In this document: piece by piece, positions 9,244-19,019 of the stretch
Position numbering within the stretch: position 1 is the stretch's first letter
Layout of the letters: every line of letters begins with the position of its first letter
Source: an uncultured candidatus Porisulfidus sp.
GTDB lineage: Bacteria > Pseudomonadota > Gammaproteobacteria > Poriferisulfidales > Poriferisulfidaceae
Direction: 5' to 3'
Length of the DNA: 64,000 nt
NCBI GenBank assembly: GCA_958431155.1
Contig: OY288106.1
Location: 141,161 to 205,160 of the forward strand
Notes under the pieces: model-generated
What the model was told of the DNA's origin: nothing
The model's database searches: none
Seen by the model: only the letters and a program-made list of their open reading frames with translations
Made by a program: the position numbers and the translations under genes

Positions 9244-10748
9244 CAGATCGCCACCTCGATCGGGGTGATGACGATCATCAGTTCCCGGTTGGTCCGCTCC
9301 AGGGTGGAGGCCGCAAAAGCCCGGCACAGGAAGTGATCGCAGTTCAGTTGGTGGGCGGCCTGGAGCGACCGGCTCTGGATCAGTCCGCCGAGCAGGATGG
9401 GCTTGCCGCTGCGGGTGATGGCCAGCGTGGCCATTTCCTGGATGGCGATGTTGGGCCGCACCACGGTGGAGACGCCGGTCTCGAACTCGCTGTGCGAGCG
9501 GATCGACGACAGCACCGGGACGACTTCCACCAGGATAGAGCCGTCATGGCGCATGCGCGGGGTGACGGCGATACGGAAGCCGACCCGAACATGTTCGAAC
9601 TGGGTTGACAGGATCGGTTCGATGCGACCCTCGCCGAGCACCAGGTCGGTGCTGGCGATGAAGCTGACCTCTTCCCCGTCGCCGAGGAACGTCGTCATGC
9701 CGTTGATAACGGTGAACACCGGGTCGCTGCGCACCGTGACCTGACCGTGCCGCGACAACTGCTGCACCATTGCGTTTAGGCTCCAGCGCCCGAATTCCAA
9801 TGCCGCATCGACCTCCCAGGCTCCGCTGGCGCGCACGAAGGACAGTCCGCCGGGGGCGGTGCGGGAGATCGCGATGCGCCGGTCCACCGAATCGTAGAGC
9901 ACGCCCAGATCCAGCCCGCCGCCCGCTCCTTCCTCGCGGGAAACATCGAGGATGGCGACAGCCATCAGGATCTGTCGCGCCCCCCGCCGGGTCTGCTCGG
10001 TCAGCCAGGCGTCGAGTTCCTGGATGCGTGCAACCGGGCCCCGTGCGCGCAGCAGGCCCAAGCGCTGGTCCGCGACCAGCCAGGTCTGGAGGGGTGCGCC
10101 TTGCACCGATGCCGTCCCGGTCCCGGACAAGCCCAGGATCGAACGTGCGTTGGCGAGCAGGTCGTCCCACGGGGAGTCCGTGTGGTCATAGGTCACCGTG
10201 GAGGATCCTTCTTCGGACTCCTCGTCGCCTTCGCCTTCTCTGCCGACGGCGGAGGATGACAGCGAGACGGCCTGGCCGACCTTGAGTTTCGCCTGGCCGT
10301 GGCTGGCGAAGGTGCTGACGTCCCAGGATCGTGTCAGGTAGGACGAGACGTGCACGATCGGGTGCTCGGTATCCAGTTCCAGCGCGTAGCCAGTCATCCC
10401 CTCCAGGATTTCAAGGTACTGTTGCAGGCTGAGGTTGTTGACGCGGACGCTGTAGCGTCGGTCCAGGTCGATTTCCGGGGTGGTGGGGACGACGTTCAGG
10501 GCCGGGTCGGCCCGCGTCAGGCACTCGCTCAGTGTGGCGTCCCTGAGGTTGAGGGTGACGGACAGCCCGGAATTCTCCGCGTGTGGTCGCCTGACACGGA
10601 CGAATGGCCGGGGCGGCGCCGGCGAAGCCGGGGTCGCAGCCGGGACGTCCAGCGGCTGCGGCGAATGGACCGCGTCGGGCGAGATCTGCGGTCCGGCGCA
10701 GGCGCAGAGCATGAGCGCGAGCGTGGGCGGTGCGGCGCGCGAAGTCAT
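9243..10748 (-). CDS. secretin, outer-membrane lipoprotein (BfpB/TcpC/PilN-R64 class)
   Basis: Lipobox LALMLCACAG; N0/STN-like modules; C-terminal secretin domain (VRPNIAIQEMATLAI..GKPILLGGLI..RELMIVITP); ATGA overlap with upstream gene; the 766-aa ORF N-extension is an R/P-rich artefact. Confidence 0.88.
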   Translation of the reverse strand: MTSRAAPPTLALMLCACAGPQISPDAVHSPQPLDVPAATPASPAPPRPFVRVRRPHAENSGLSVTLNLRDATLSECLTRADPALNVVPTTPEIDLDRRYSVRVNNLSLQQYLEILEGMTGYALELDTEHPIVHVSSYLTRSWDVSTFASHGQAKLKVGQAVSLSSSAVGREGEGDEESEEGSSTVTYDHTDSPWDDLLANARSILGLSGTGTASVQGAPLQTWLVADQRLGLLRARGPVARIQELDAWLTEQTRRGARQILMAVAILDVSREEGAGGGLDLGVLYDSVDRRIAISRTAPGGLSFVRASGAWEVDAALEFGRWSLNAMVQQLSRHGQVTVRSDPVFTVINGMTTFLGDGEEVSFIASTDLVLGEGRIEPILSTQFEHVRVGFRIAVTPRMRHDGSILVEVVPVLSSIRSHSEFETGVSTVVRPNIAIQEMATLAITRSGKPILLGGLIQSRSLQAAHQLNCDHFLCRAFAASTLERTNRELMIVITPIEVAI

Positions 10749-11515
10749 AGCTGTTCCAGCACGACCAGCTTCTGGTCTTCGAAGACATGCAGGACAAGTT
10801 CGTCCTGGGTCTGGTTTCCGAGTTTCCGGGTCAGTTCGGTCAGGGCGTCCCACCAAGTGGTTGAAGAAATCAGCGAGATGTGGGTTTGCAGCAGGGCGGG
10901 CGGGACTTCCGGACGCAGTTTCCAGCCGACAGGAACGATCAAGTCCAGCGCCTCCTGCAGGGTCATGTCCTCGACGAAGATCTCGGCAGGGTCGTGCAGG
11001 CTGGTCGGCAGGGACAGATCGACCGTTGCCGCGTCCGGACCCGGATCGCCCGTGGCCAGACTTTGCGCGTCTTCGATTTCGAGGGGAGGGGCCTGCCGCT
11101 CCAGCTGCGCCTCCCACTCCTCGGCCGGGTAGATGATCACTGTGCGATACAACGGGTTGACTTTCAGGCGCCAGGCGCTGCCGGCCAGGACGGCCAAGGC
11201 TTCCGACAGGTGGATGGGTCCGAGATCGCGATGGATTTCGGGCAGGGGCTGAGGCATCAGGATGGCGTTCGCCCAATGGCTGCGTCGTTCGTCTAGGCGG
11301 TAGCCCGAACGTGTCAGCAGATGGTTCACGGCCTCGCCGACGGTGGCGATTTCCTGCGGAAACCGGACTTGGGTCAGGGTGACCTGAAGCGGGTGCCGCT
11401 GCGCGTGGCTGCTGCCGGGCATCAGGTAGGCGTAACGGGCGATGGCGACGGGGTCTCCGGCAGCCAGTCCCACGCCGGGGAGGACAAGGCAGAAGGCGAG
11501 AAGAGATCCACGCAT
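10745..11515 (-). CDS. periplasmic protein with two tandem STN/secretin-N-like modules (TcpQ/BfpG position; putative secretin partner)
   Basis: Signal peptide MRGSLLAFCLVLPGVGLAAG; repeats LQVTLTQVRFPQEIATVGEAVNHLL and MTLQEALDLIVPVGWKL; first gene of operon, GGAG RBS. Confidence 0.55.
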   Translation of the reverse strand: MRGSLLAFCLVLPGVGLAAGDPVAIARYAYLMPGSSHAQRHPLQVTLTQVRFPQEIATVGEAVNHLLTRSGYRLDERRSHWANAILMPQPLPEIHRDLGPIHLSEALAVLAGSAWRLKVNPLYRTVIIYPAEEWEAQLERQAPPLEIEDAQSLATGDPGPDAATVDLSLPTSLHDPAEIFVEDMTLQEALDLIVPVGWKLRPEVPPALLQTHISLISSTTWWDALTELTRKLGNQTQDELVLHVFEDQKLVVLEQL

Positions 11516-11561
11516 GGGCAGGCTCCGGGTTCGGGCCTGCCACATTAGATCAACGGAAAGG

Positions 11562-11624
11562 CGAAATCAAGGAAAAATGGTCAAAATTTTTTAACCATTT
11601 TTATTTCAAAGAAATCAATAAGTT
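11562..11624. repeat. AT-rich near-palindromic element, copy A (core GGTCAAAATTTTTTAACC) in promoter region of pilus operon
   Basis: ~85% identical over ~60 bp to copy B at 12608-12668; only two such elements in window; low-GC island in high-GC DNA. Confidence 0.7.
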
Positions 11625-11648
11625 ATGCAGAAGAAACGCGTAGAGGGC

Positions 11649-12524
11649 CTAATTCCGGAAAACCTTCGCCAGTCTCAGTGAAAAATACCAAAGCCCCAAG
11701 ACGAGAATGCCCAGCCAAGCGACGCCGGCCCAGTTGCCCGATGCGTCGCTGCCGAGCAAGGCGGGCCCGAAGGGGCCGGGATAGGTAAAGAACTGGAAGG
11801 ATTTGAGGCTGAACACCATGGCGGCGTGCGCGCCGATGCAGAATGCCAGACAGCCGGTCCGCAGGCGCAGCATCCCGAGGCCGAGGCCGATCAGGATCAA
11901 TAGGCAGAGGCGCGGCATCTGCTCAAGCCATTGGTCAGGCATTTCGAGCGTGGCGTTGGCCAGCAGCATCCACCCCCCGGCCCAGTGGTCTGCCAAGGCC
12001 GGGTCGGGGGTCGGGTTGAGGAAGTGGATCCCGGTGTAGAGCAGGGCCGAGGCTGTCAACGGCATCCAGTAACCGGACACCCGCGACAGCAGCAGGCCGC
12101 GGAAATACAATTCCTCCACCGTGGCGATGGCCAGCGCCGCCGCCAGGTATCCGGCGAGCGTGTAGGTCAGTTCGAGGCTCCACATCCAGGGGTCCAGAAA
12201 GCGCGCGTTCATCTCAAGCAAGAAGAGCCACAGGGGGATCAGCAGGACGACCATGAGTGAGAAGGCGAGCAGTCCCTGCACGAGGAGGGATTCAATGCCA
12301 CCCCGAAGGCCGAGGGTGTCGCGGCTGACCCGCCGTCGCGCCCACAGCACGAGGATCACGACGGCGACCAGCAGTGCGCCGTACTTGACGAGTTTGTGGT
12401 GCGGGACCGGCAATGGCCACAACGCATAGACCAGACCCCACAGAAAGGCACCGCCCGCCAGCGCGGCGAGCAGCAGGAGGGCGTAGGTCCAAAAACTGCG
12501 CATGGGGACAGTCGCAATTATCAC
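11649..12524 (-). CDS. CPBP family intramembrane glutamic endopeptidase (CAAX protease / Abi family)
   Basis: 291 aa polytopic; motifs VEELYFRGLLL (EExxxR), TGIHFLN (FxxxH), HAAMVFS. Confidence 0.85.
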   Translation of the reverse strand: MIIATVPMRSFWTYALLLLAALAGGAFLWGLVYALWPLPVPHHKLVKYGALLVAVVILVLWARRRVSRDTLGLRGGIESLLVQGLLAFSLMVVLLIPLWLFLLEMNARFLDPWMWSLELTYTLAGYLAAALAIATVEELYFRGLLLSRVSGYWMPLTASALLYTGIHFLNPTPDPALADHWAGGWMLLANATLEMPDQWLEQMPRLCLLILIGLGLGMLRLRTGCLAFCIGAHAAMVFSLKSFQFFTYPGPFGPALLGSDASGNWAGVAWLGILVLGLWYFSLRLAKVFRN

Positions 12525-12607
12525 ATGATTTTCAGCGACTTAGCATGATCGGTTATGCCCGGGCGGATTTTGGGCGAAACCTATCAGAATGGCTCAGACA
12601 GGAGCGT

Positions 12608-12668
12608 CAAGTCAAGGAAAAACGGTCAAAATTTTTAGACCATTTTTTCTTCAAAACAATCAACATGT
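12608..12668. repeat. AT-rich near-palindromic element, copy B (core GGTCAAAATTTTTAGACC = GGTC-N10-GACC) in divergent CPBP/XRE promoter region
   Basis: Perfect 4-10-4 inverted repeat with flanking GGAAAAA/TTTTTTC arms; overlaps XRE start codon region. Confidence 0.7.
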
Positions 12669-12979
12669 TAGAGCATAATCCGGCCTTCTGGCGAAGAGAT
12701 TTCAAATGGCGCTTCGCAATTAAGTGTGGAAATCGGGGGGCGAAGTCCCGGAACGAGGAGTCTTTTCCGATTGACGTGGCCGACCACCTGCTGGTGGGCA
12801 AGAATGCCGTCGAGGTGTACCGGACCTATCGCGGCCTGACCCAGAAGCAACTGGCCGAAGCCGCCGGAATCAACGCGGCTTATTTCTCGCAGATTGAAGG
12901 AGGACGGCGTACCGAATCCGTCCGGATCTTGACAGCCATTGCCGAGGCTCTGGACATCAACGTCGGCTCGTTGATCTGA
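12665..12979 (+). CDS. XRE-family helix-turn-helix transcriptional regulator
   Basis: 104 aa; HTH LTQKQLAEAAGINAAYFSQIEGGRR; internal Met start chosen (long ORF N-extension is R/P-rich artefact). Confidence 0.7.
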   Translation: MLEHNPAFWRRDFKWRFAIKCGNRGAKSRNEESFPIDVADHLLVGKNAVEVYRTYRGLTQKQLAEAAGINAAYFSQIEGGRRTESVRILTAIAEALDINVGSLI

Positions 12980-13068
12980 GCCGCTGCCTTTCCTCGATTT
13001 TGGCCATTCGAAGGGAGGGGAAAATTCCGGACATCCGGTTTTCTCTATACTATTAAGTCTGCGACAGG

Positions 13069-13154
<86 letters not shown>

Positions 13155-13177
13155 CGCCCTCCTGCACAACAAGAATC

Positions 13178-14482
13178 ATGGAAACCTCTCTTGAAGTTTT
13201 AGGGTCGACGGCGCGCGCCTTACGGGTCACCGTACCGCAGCAGCAGTTCGTCGAGCAGGTCGAGAACCGTCTCCGCCAGCTTTCCCGCACCCTGCGCATC
13301 AAGGGCTTCCGTCCGGGCAAGGTGCCGGTGCAGGTGGTCCGACAGCGCCACCTTCCGCAGGTCTACGGCGAAGTGGTGGAAAAATTGGCCAACGATTCCC
13401 TGCGCGAGGCGCTGGCTGCGGAGAAGGTGCAGCCGGTGGTCGACCCGCGGGTTACGGTGGAAGAGTACGGTGAAGACCGCCCGATGAAATACCAGGCCCG
13501 GTTCGACGTGTACCCGGAGCTCGCGGAATCGAAGATCGCGGGAGTCGAGCTGACCGACCCTGAGGTCGCGGTGGAAGACGCGGAGGTGGAGGAAGGGATG
13601 GAGCGGCTGCGCCGCCAGGATGTCGACTGGAAAGTGACGGAGAGGACAGCGGCGGCCGGCGACCAGGTGGCGTTTCTCTACACGACCTGCGGGATGGACG
13701 AGACGCTCGCGGCGATCGCCGAGGACAGCCCGGACCTGGCCCTGATACTTGAGCCGGGGGCGATGCTCGAGGAGTTGCATGAACACCTCCGGGGCATGGG
13801 CGCGGGGGACGAGAAGTCGGTCCAGGTGGCTTTTGCGGAGAGGGCCGACGGCCATCCCCTGTCCGGGCAGACCCGACAGTTCCGGATCCGAGTGCGGGAA
13901 GTGCGCGAGGCCGTGCTGCCGGATTGGGAGGACGCGGCGTGGCTTGCGAAGTGCGGCGGCGCGGGCGCGACGCACGAGACGATCCGGGATTCCGTGCGTG
14001 CGCACCTGGATTATCGGCGGGTGGAGATGCGGCGCGAATACCTGGCCGAGCAGATCACGCAGGGCCTGGCGGCAGCCAAGGAGCCGGCGTTGCCGGTGCC
14101 CGAGTCCCTTCGGGAGTGGTGTCTGTCGGTGCGCCTGAAGGAAATGGGGGTTCCGCCGGAGCAGGAGGAGTTGGGCGAGGACCACCCGGCGCGCCGAGTG
14201 GCGCTGATGGACGCGCAGCGAATCACGGTGTTCCAGGCATTGCGCGCGTTGAGCAGGGTGGAACCGACCGAAGAGGACCACAAGCAGATCGAGGACGCCT
14301 ATGCCGGGCAATTCAAGGACTCGGCGGCAGCCCGGCGCAATGCGCGCCAGAATCCGGACGTGCGCGGGCACCTGCAGCGCGAGGCGAGCTGGGACGCGCT
14401 CATCCGATGGACGCTGGATCGTGCTAGAGTGAATAAGGAGCGCATGACGCTGGAACAACTGGGTGCGCGAACCGGCCGATGA
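13178..14482 (+). CDS. tig: trigger factor
   Basis: 434 aa; N-term ribosome-binding motif region (GFRPGKVP), PPIase and C-terminal arm domains; followed by clpP-clpX-lon. Confidence 0.93.
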   Translation: METSLEVLGSTARALRVTVPQQQFVEQVENRLRQLSRTLRIKGFRPGKVPVQVVRQRHLPQVYGEVVEKLANDSLREALAAEKVQPVVDPRVTVEEYGEDRPMKYQARFDVYPELAESKIAGVELTDPEVAVEDAEVEEGMERLRRQDVDWKVTERTAAAGDQVAFLYTTCGMDETLAAIAEDSPDLALILEPGAMLEELHEHLRGMGAGDEKSVQVAFAERADGHPLSGQTRQFRIRVREVREAVLPDWEDAAWLAKCGGAGATHETIRDSVRAHLDYRRVEMRREYLAEQITQGLAAAKEPALPVPESLREWCLSVRLKEMGVPPEQEELGEDHPARRVALMDAQRITVFQALRALSRVEPTEEDHKQIEDAYAGQFKDSAAARRNARQNPDVRGHLQREASWDALIRWTLDRARVNKERMTLEQLGARTGR

Positions 14483-15105
14483 AGGACATTCGATCCCAAT
14501 ACATCCCCATGGTGGTGGAGCAGAGCGCGCGCGGCGAGCGCGCGTACGACATTTATTCGCGCCTGCTCAAGGAGCGGGTGGTCTTCATCGTCGGCGCCAT
14601 CGACGACCATGTGGCCAACCTGGTGGTGGCGCAGATCCTGTTCCTGGAGTCGGAGAACCCGGACAAGGACATTTCCCTGTACATCAACTCCCCGGGCGGT
14701 TCGGTCAGCGCCGGGCTCGCGGTGCACGACACGATGCAGTTCTGCCGCTCGGACGTCAGCACCCTGTGCATCGGGCAGGCCGCCAGCATGGGTGCGCTGC
14801 TGCTTGCGGCCGGGGCGCCCGGCAAGCGCTACGCGCTGCCGCATTCGCGCATCATGATCCACCAGCCGCTCGGCGGCTTCGAGGGGCAGGCCACCGACGT
14901 GGACATCCACGCCAAGGAGATCCTGCGGGCGCGAGAGCAGGTCAACCAGGTGCTGGCGCGGCATACCGGCAAGAAAGTTGATAAAATCCGGCAGGATACG
15001 GAGCGCGACCACTTCATGAGCAGCGAGGACGCGCGGAAGTACGGCATCGTCGACCAGGTGCTGACCACCCGGACGGAACTGCTCAACAATACGGATTCCG
15101 GTTGA
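14479..15105 (+). CDS. clpP: ATP-dependent Clp protease proteolytic subunit
   Basis: 208 aa; catalytic Ser in [14 protein letters not shown], His in IMIHQP; ATGA overlap with tig. Confidence 0.96.
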   Translation: MKDIRSQYIPMVVEQSARGERAYDIYSRLLKERVVFIVGAIDDHVANLVVAQILFLESENPDKDISLYINSPGGSVSAGLAVHDTMQFCRSDVSTLCIGQAASMGALLLAAGAPGKRYALPHSRIMIHQPLGGFEGQATDVDIHAKEILRAREQVNQVLARHTGKKVDKIRQDTERDHFMSSEDARKYGIVDQVLTTRTELLNNTDSG

Positions 15106-15130
15106 CCGGCGTGCGGGGCACAGGCAGGGC

Positions 15131-16396
15131 ATGAGCATGGAGAAAGGGAAGGAGACCAAGGCGCCGTTGCGCTGTTCGTTCTGCAGGAAGAACCAGCACG
15201 AGGTGCGCAAGCTGATTGCCGGGCCGAAGGTCTACATCTGCGACGAGTGCGTGGCCCTGTGCAACGAGATCATCCGCGACGAACTGAAGGTGGAGACCGA
15301 GCAGCGGCCGGATTCGCTGCCCGGCCCCGAGGACATCTACGCTTCGCTCGAAGAGCACGTGGTGGGTCAGGAGCAGGCCAAGAAGGCGTTGGCAGTGGCC
15401 GTTTACAACCACTACAAGCGGGTGAGTTCGCGGGCCGACGAGGACGATGACGTCGAGTTGGCCAAAAGCAACATCCTATTGATCGGCCCGACCGGTTCGG
15501 GCAAGACCCTGCTCGCGGAGACGCTGGCGAACCGCCTGAACGTCCCGTTCACGATCGCGGACGCGACCACGCTGACCGAGGCTGGCTACGTGGGCGAGGA
15601 TGTGGAGAACATCATCCAGAAGCTGCTGCAGAAGTGCGACTACGATGTGCAGCGCGCGCAGAACGGGATCGTGTACATCGACGAGATCGACAAGATTTCG
15701 CGCAAGTCCGACAACCCTTCGATCACGCGTGACGTCTCCGGGGAGGGAGTGCAGCAGGCGCTGCTCAAGCTGATCGAGGGCACCGTCGCCTCGGTGCCGC
15801 CGCAGGGTGGCCGCAAGCATCCGCAGCAGGAGTTCCTGCAGGTCAACACCAGCGACATTCTGTTCATCTGCGGCGGCGCGTTCGCGGGCCTGGACAAGGT
15901 GATCCGCGCCCGGACCGAGAAGAGCGGTATCGGCTTCGGTGCCGAGATCTACAGCCGGGAGATACGCGATTCGCACGACATCCTGCAGCAGGTCCAGCCG
16001 GAGGACCTGATCCACTACGGGCTGATTCCGGAGTTCGTGGGCCGGTTGCCGATGGTGGCGGTGCTGGAGGAGTTGGACGAAGGCATGCTGGTGCGGGTGC
16101 TGGTGGAGCCGAAGAACGCGATTACCCGGCAGTACAAGAAGCTGTTCTCGATGGAAGGCGTAACGCTGGAGTTCCGAGAAAACGCCTTGGAAGCGGTGGC
16201 GCGGCAGGCAAAGGAGCGCAAGACCGGCGCACGCGGCCTGCGCACCATCCTGGAGACCGTGCTGCTCGACACCATGTACGAACTGCCCTCGTTCGAGGGC
16301 GTGGTCCGGGTGGTTATCGACGAGGCCGTGGTCCTCGGCGAGAAGTCGCCGTACCTCATTTACGAGGACCCGGCCGTCGAAGAACGCCTGGCCTGA
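15131..16396 (+). CDS. clpX: ATP-dependent Clp protease ATP-binding subunit ClpX
   Basis: 421 aa; zinc-binding CSFC..CDEC, Walker A GPTGSGKT. Confidence 0.96.
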   Translation: MSMEKGKETKAPLRCSFCRKNQHEVRKLIAGPKVYICDECVALCNEIIRDELKVETEQRPDSLPGPEDIYASLEEHVVGQEQAKKALAVAVYNHYKRVSSRADEDDDVELAKSNILLIGPTGSGKTLLAETLANRLNVPFTIADATTLTEAGYVGEDVENIIQKLLQKCDYDVQRAQNGIVYIDEIDKISRKSDNPSITRDVSGEGVQQALLKLIEGTVASVPPQGGRKHPQQEFLQVNTSDILFICGGAFAGLDKVIRARTEKSGIGFGAEIYSREIRDSHDILQQVQPEDLIHYGLIPEFVGRLPMVAVLEELDEGMLVRVLVEPKNAITRQYKKLFSMEGVTLEFRENALEAVARQAKERKTGARGLRTILETVLLDTMYELPSFEGVVRVVIDEAVVLGEKSPYLIYEDPAVEERLA

Positions 16397-16444
16397 AAAT
16401 CCGGTACGAGACCAGGATTTCGGCAGGATCCGGACGGAAAGAAG

Positions 16445-16471
16445 TTGAAAACCGAGGTTTTCGCCCTTATG
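16445..16471 (+). promoter_or_regulatory. sigma-32-type heat-shock promoter candidate for lon (TTGAAA-N13-CCCTTATG), -10 overlapping inverted repeat CCCTTAT-g-ATAAGGG
   Basis: Match to sigma-32 consensus CTTGAAA / CCCCATNT upstream of lon start. Confidence 0.5.
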
Positions 16472-16518
16472 ATAAGGGGTAGGACGCGCTACAACCGACA
16501 CATTCGAACAGGAGCCTC

Positions 16519-18972
16519 ATGAGCAGAAAACCTGCGCCGAAAGGAACGGAACCCGAATCCGGGGAGCCCGACGGCAACCTGTTGCTCCCGGTCTTGCCGC
16601 TGCGCGACGTGGTGGTGTACCCGGGCATGGTGATTCCGCTGTTCGTGGGCCGCCGGAAGTCCATCCGGGCGGTGGAGGCGGCGATGGCGGCCAGCAAGCA
16701 GATCCTGCTGCTGACCCAGAAGAAGGCCGAGACCGACGATCCGGATCCGGGCCACATCTATTCGGTTGGCACAGTCAGTTCCATCCTGCAGTTGCTGGAA
16801 CTCCCGGACGGTACGGTCAAGGTGCTGGTGGAAGGCTCGCATCGGGCGCGCGTGGGACGCTACGAGCACACCGACGACTACTTCAGTGCGCAGACCGAGA
16901 CGCTGGCCGAGACCCCGGGGGCGGAATCGGCCGAGATCGAGGGGCTGGTGCGCTCGCTGCACAAGGGCTTCGAGCAGTACGTCAAGGTCAACAAGAAGAT
17001 CCCGCCGGAGGCCCTGGCGTCCCTGTCCGGGATCGACAACGCCTCGCGCCTGACCGACACGATTTCGGCGCACATGACCCTGAAGTTGGACGAGAAGCAG
17101 AGGATCCTGGAAATCCTGTCGGTGCGGGAGCGCATCGAGGCGCTGCTCAAGCTGATCGAGTCGGAGTTGGACATCCTGAGCCTGGAGAAGCAGATCCGTG
17201 GCCGGGTCAAGCAGCAGATGGAGAAGAGCCAGCGCGAGTACTACCTGAACGAGCAGATGAAGGCGATCCAGCAGGAGCTCTCCGACAATGACGAGGGCGC
17301 GAGCGAGGCCGACGAGCTGGCCGAGAAGATCGAGGAGGCCGGCATGTCGGCGGAGGCCGAGAAGAAGGCCACGCACGAACTGGGCAAGCTGCGGATGATG
17401 TCGCCGATGTCGGCGGAGGCGACGGTGGTCCGCAACTACATCGACTGGCTGGTCAATGTGCCTTGGAAGAAGCGTTCCCGGGTGTGCCGCGACCTCAAGA
17501 AGGCCGAGCGGGTGCTGGAGAAGGACCATTACGGCCTGGACAAGGTCAAGGAGCGCATCCTGGAATACCTGGCGGTGCAGAACCGCGTGAAGAAGATCAA
17601 GGGTCCGATCCTGTGCCTGGTTGGCCCGCCGGGGGTCGGCAAGACCAGCCTGGGGCAGTCGATTGCCCGCGCCACCGGGCGCGAATTCACCCGCATGTCC
17701 CTGGGCGGGGTGCGCGACGAGGCCGAGATTCGCGGGCACCGCCGTACTTACATCGGTTCCCTGCCCGGGAAGATCATCCAGAACATGTCGCGGGTCGGGG
17801 TCCGCAACCCGCTGTTCCTGCTCGACGAGATCGACAAGATGGCGATGGATTTCCGTGGCGACCCGGCATCGGCGTTGCTGGAGGTGCTCGATCCCGAGCA
17901 GAACCACATGTTCAACGATCACTACCTGGAGGTGGACTTCGACCTGTCGGACGTGATGTTCGTGTGCACGGCCAACACGCTGAAGATCCCTCCGGCCCTG
18001 CTGGACCGGGTGGAAGTCATCCGCATCTCGGGCTATACCGAGGACGAGAAGATGAACATCGCCCGGCGCTACCTGATTCCGAAGCAGATGAAGAACAATG
18101 GGCTGAAGAAGTCGGAGTTGATGATTCCCGACCGTGCGGTGCAGAGCTTGATCCGCTACTACACGCGCGAGGCGGGGGTGCGCAACCTGGAGCGCGAGCT
18201 GTCCAAGATCTGCCGAAAAACCGTCAAGCAGCTGCTGCTGAAGCCGCGCAAGGAGCAGATCCGGATCACCGCGCCGCAGCTTCGGAAACTGCTCGGCGTG
18301 CACCGTTTCCGCTACGGGCTGGCCGACGAGAACAACCAGGTCGGCCAGGTCAACGGCCTGGCCTGGACCGAGGTCGGCGGGGAGCTGCTGCGGGTGGAGG
18401 CCGCGATCGTCACCGGTTCGGGGAAACTGATTTACACTGGGCAACTTGGCGACATCATGCAGGAGTCAATCAAGGCGGCGCAGACGGTGGTACGCAGTCG
18501 CGCCAAGACGCTGGGCATCCAGCAGGACTTCCATGAGAAGAAGGACATTCACATACATGTCCCGGAAGGGGCGACCCCCAAGGATGGACCGAGCGCGGGC
18601 ATCACCATGACGGTGGCAATCGTGTCTGCGCTCACCAACATCCCAGCCAAGGCCGAAGTCGCGATGACCGGGGAGATCACGCTGCGCGGCGAGATCCTTC
18701 CGATCGGCGGGCTGAAGGAGAAGTTGCTGGCCGCCATGCGCGGGGGCATCCAGACGGTGGTCATTCCGAAGGAGAACGAGAAGGACCTGGAGGAGTTGCC
18801 GCGCAACATCCGGCAGGCCCTGAACATCGTCCCTTGCCAGTGGGTTGACGAAACCATGGAACTCGCCTTGGAGTGGATGCCGCAACCGGAATTGGAGGAA
18901 GAAGGCCAGCCGGCAGGCGACAAGCCGCTGCCGGAGAAAGAGACCCAGCCGGACCTGGCCATTCATCACTGA
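16519..18972 (+). CDS. lon: ATP-dependent Lon protease
   Basis: 817 aa; Walker [10 protein letters not shown], catalytic PKDGPSAG and K dyad. Confidence 0.97.
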   Translation: MSRKPAPKGTEPESGEPDGNLLLPVLPLRDVVVYPGMVIPLFVGRRKSIRAVEAAMAASKQILLLTQKKAETDDPDPGHIYSVGTVSSILQLLELPDGTVKVLVEGSHRARVGRYEHTDDYFSAQTETLAETPGAESAEIEGLVRSLHKGFEQYVKVNKKIPPEALASLSGIDNASRLTDTISAHMTLKLDEKQRILEILSVRERIEALLKLIESELDILSLEKQIRGRVKQQMEKSQREYYLNEQMKAIQQELSDNDEGASEADELAEKIEEAGMSAEAEKKATHELGKLRMMSPMSAEATVVRNYIDWLVNVPWKKRSRVCRDLKKAERVLEKDHYGLDKVKERILEYLAVQNRVKKIKGPILCLVGPPGVGKTSLGQSIARATGREFTRMSLGGVRDEAEIRGHRRTYIGSLPGKIIQNMSRVGVRNPLFLLDEIDKMAMDFRGDPASALLEVLDPEQNHMFNDHYLEVDFDLSDVMFVCTANTLKIPPALLDRVEVIRISGYTEDEKMNIARRYLIPKQMKNNGLKKSELMIPDRAVQSLIRYYTREAGVRNLERELSKICRKTVKQLLLKPRKEQIRITAPQLRKLLGVHRFRYGLADENNQVGQVNGLAWTEVGGELLRVEAAIVTGSGKLIYTGQLGDIMQESIKAAQTVVRSRAKTLGIQQDFHEKKDIHIHVPEGATPKDGPSAGITMTVAIVSALTNIPAKAEVAMTGEITLRGEILPIGGLKEKLLAAMRGGIQTVVIPKENEKDLEELPRNIRQALNIVPCQWVDETMELALEWMPQPELEEEGQPAGDKPLPEKETQPDLAIHH

Positions 18973-19019
18973 GCAGCGGGTCTGCCAGACTCCCCTTCCG
19001 CCTTTGGCTTCGCCCCGGA

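Noticed and set aside
9243-11543. 766-aa ORF suggesting a giant secretin with 265-aa Arg/Pro-rich N-terminal extension
   Set aside because: The extension overlaps the upstream gene in another frame and has the biased R/P/G composition typical of wrong-frame high-GC translation. A lipoprotein signal Met with ATGA coupling gives a normal 501-aa secretin.
11625-11681. 18-codon ORF (MQKKRVEGLIPENLRQSQ) inside repeat copy A
   Set aside because: Corresponds to the position of the XRE start in copy B but has no RBS, no conservation signal and is very short. It is more likely non-coding promoter DNA.
13021-13046. Terminator after XRE gene / promoter for tRNA-Leu (aaaattCCGGacatCCGGttttctc, TATACT)
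   Set aside because: The stem is only 4-5 bp and the -35 element is unclear. This is plausible but too weak to call as a feature.
2228-13068. tRNA-Leu-associated genomic island carrying the pilus locus
   Set aside because: The segment lies 5' of the tRNA, not at its 3' end. No integrase, no convincing direct repeat of the tRNA 3' end near ychF (only a weak cctttccgc resemblance), and GC content matches the backbone.
16489-18444. 651-aa antisense ORF opposite lon (and similar long antisense ORFs opposite clpB 53295-55592, the SBP gene 25284-27275, proS 55921-57696, ureC 33526-35913, urtBC region)
   Set aside because: Each lies opposite a strongly recognisable conserved gene and has low-complexity R/A/G/P-rich translation. 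These are typical spurious ORFs in >60% GC DNA.
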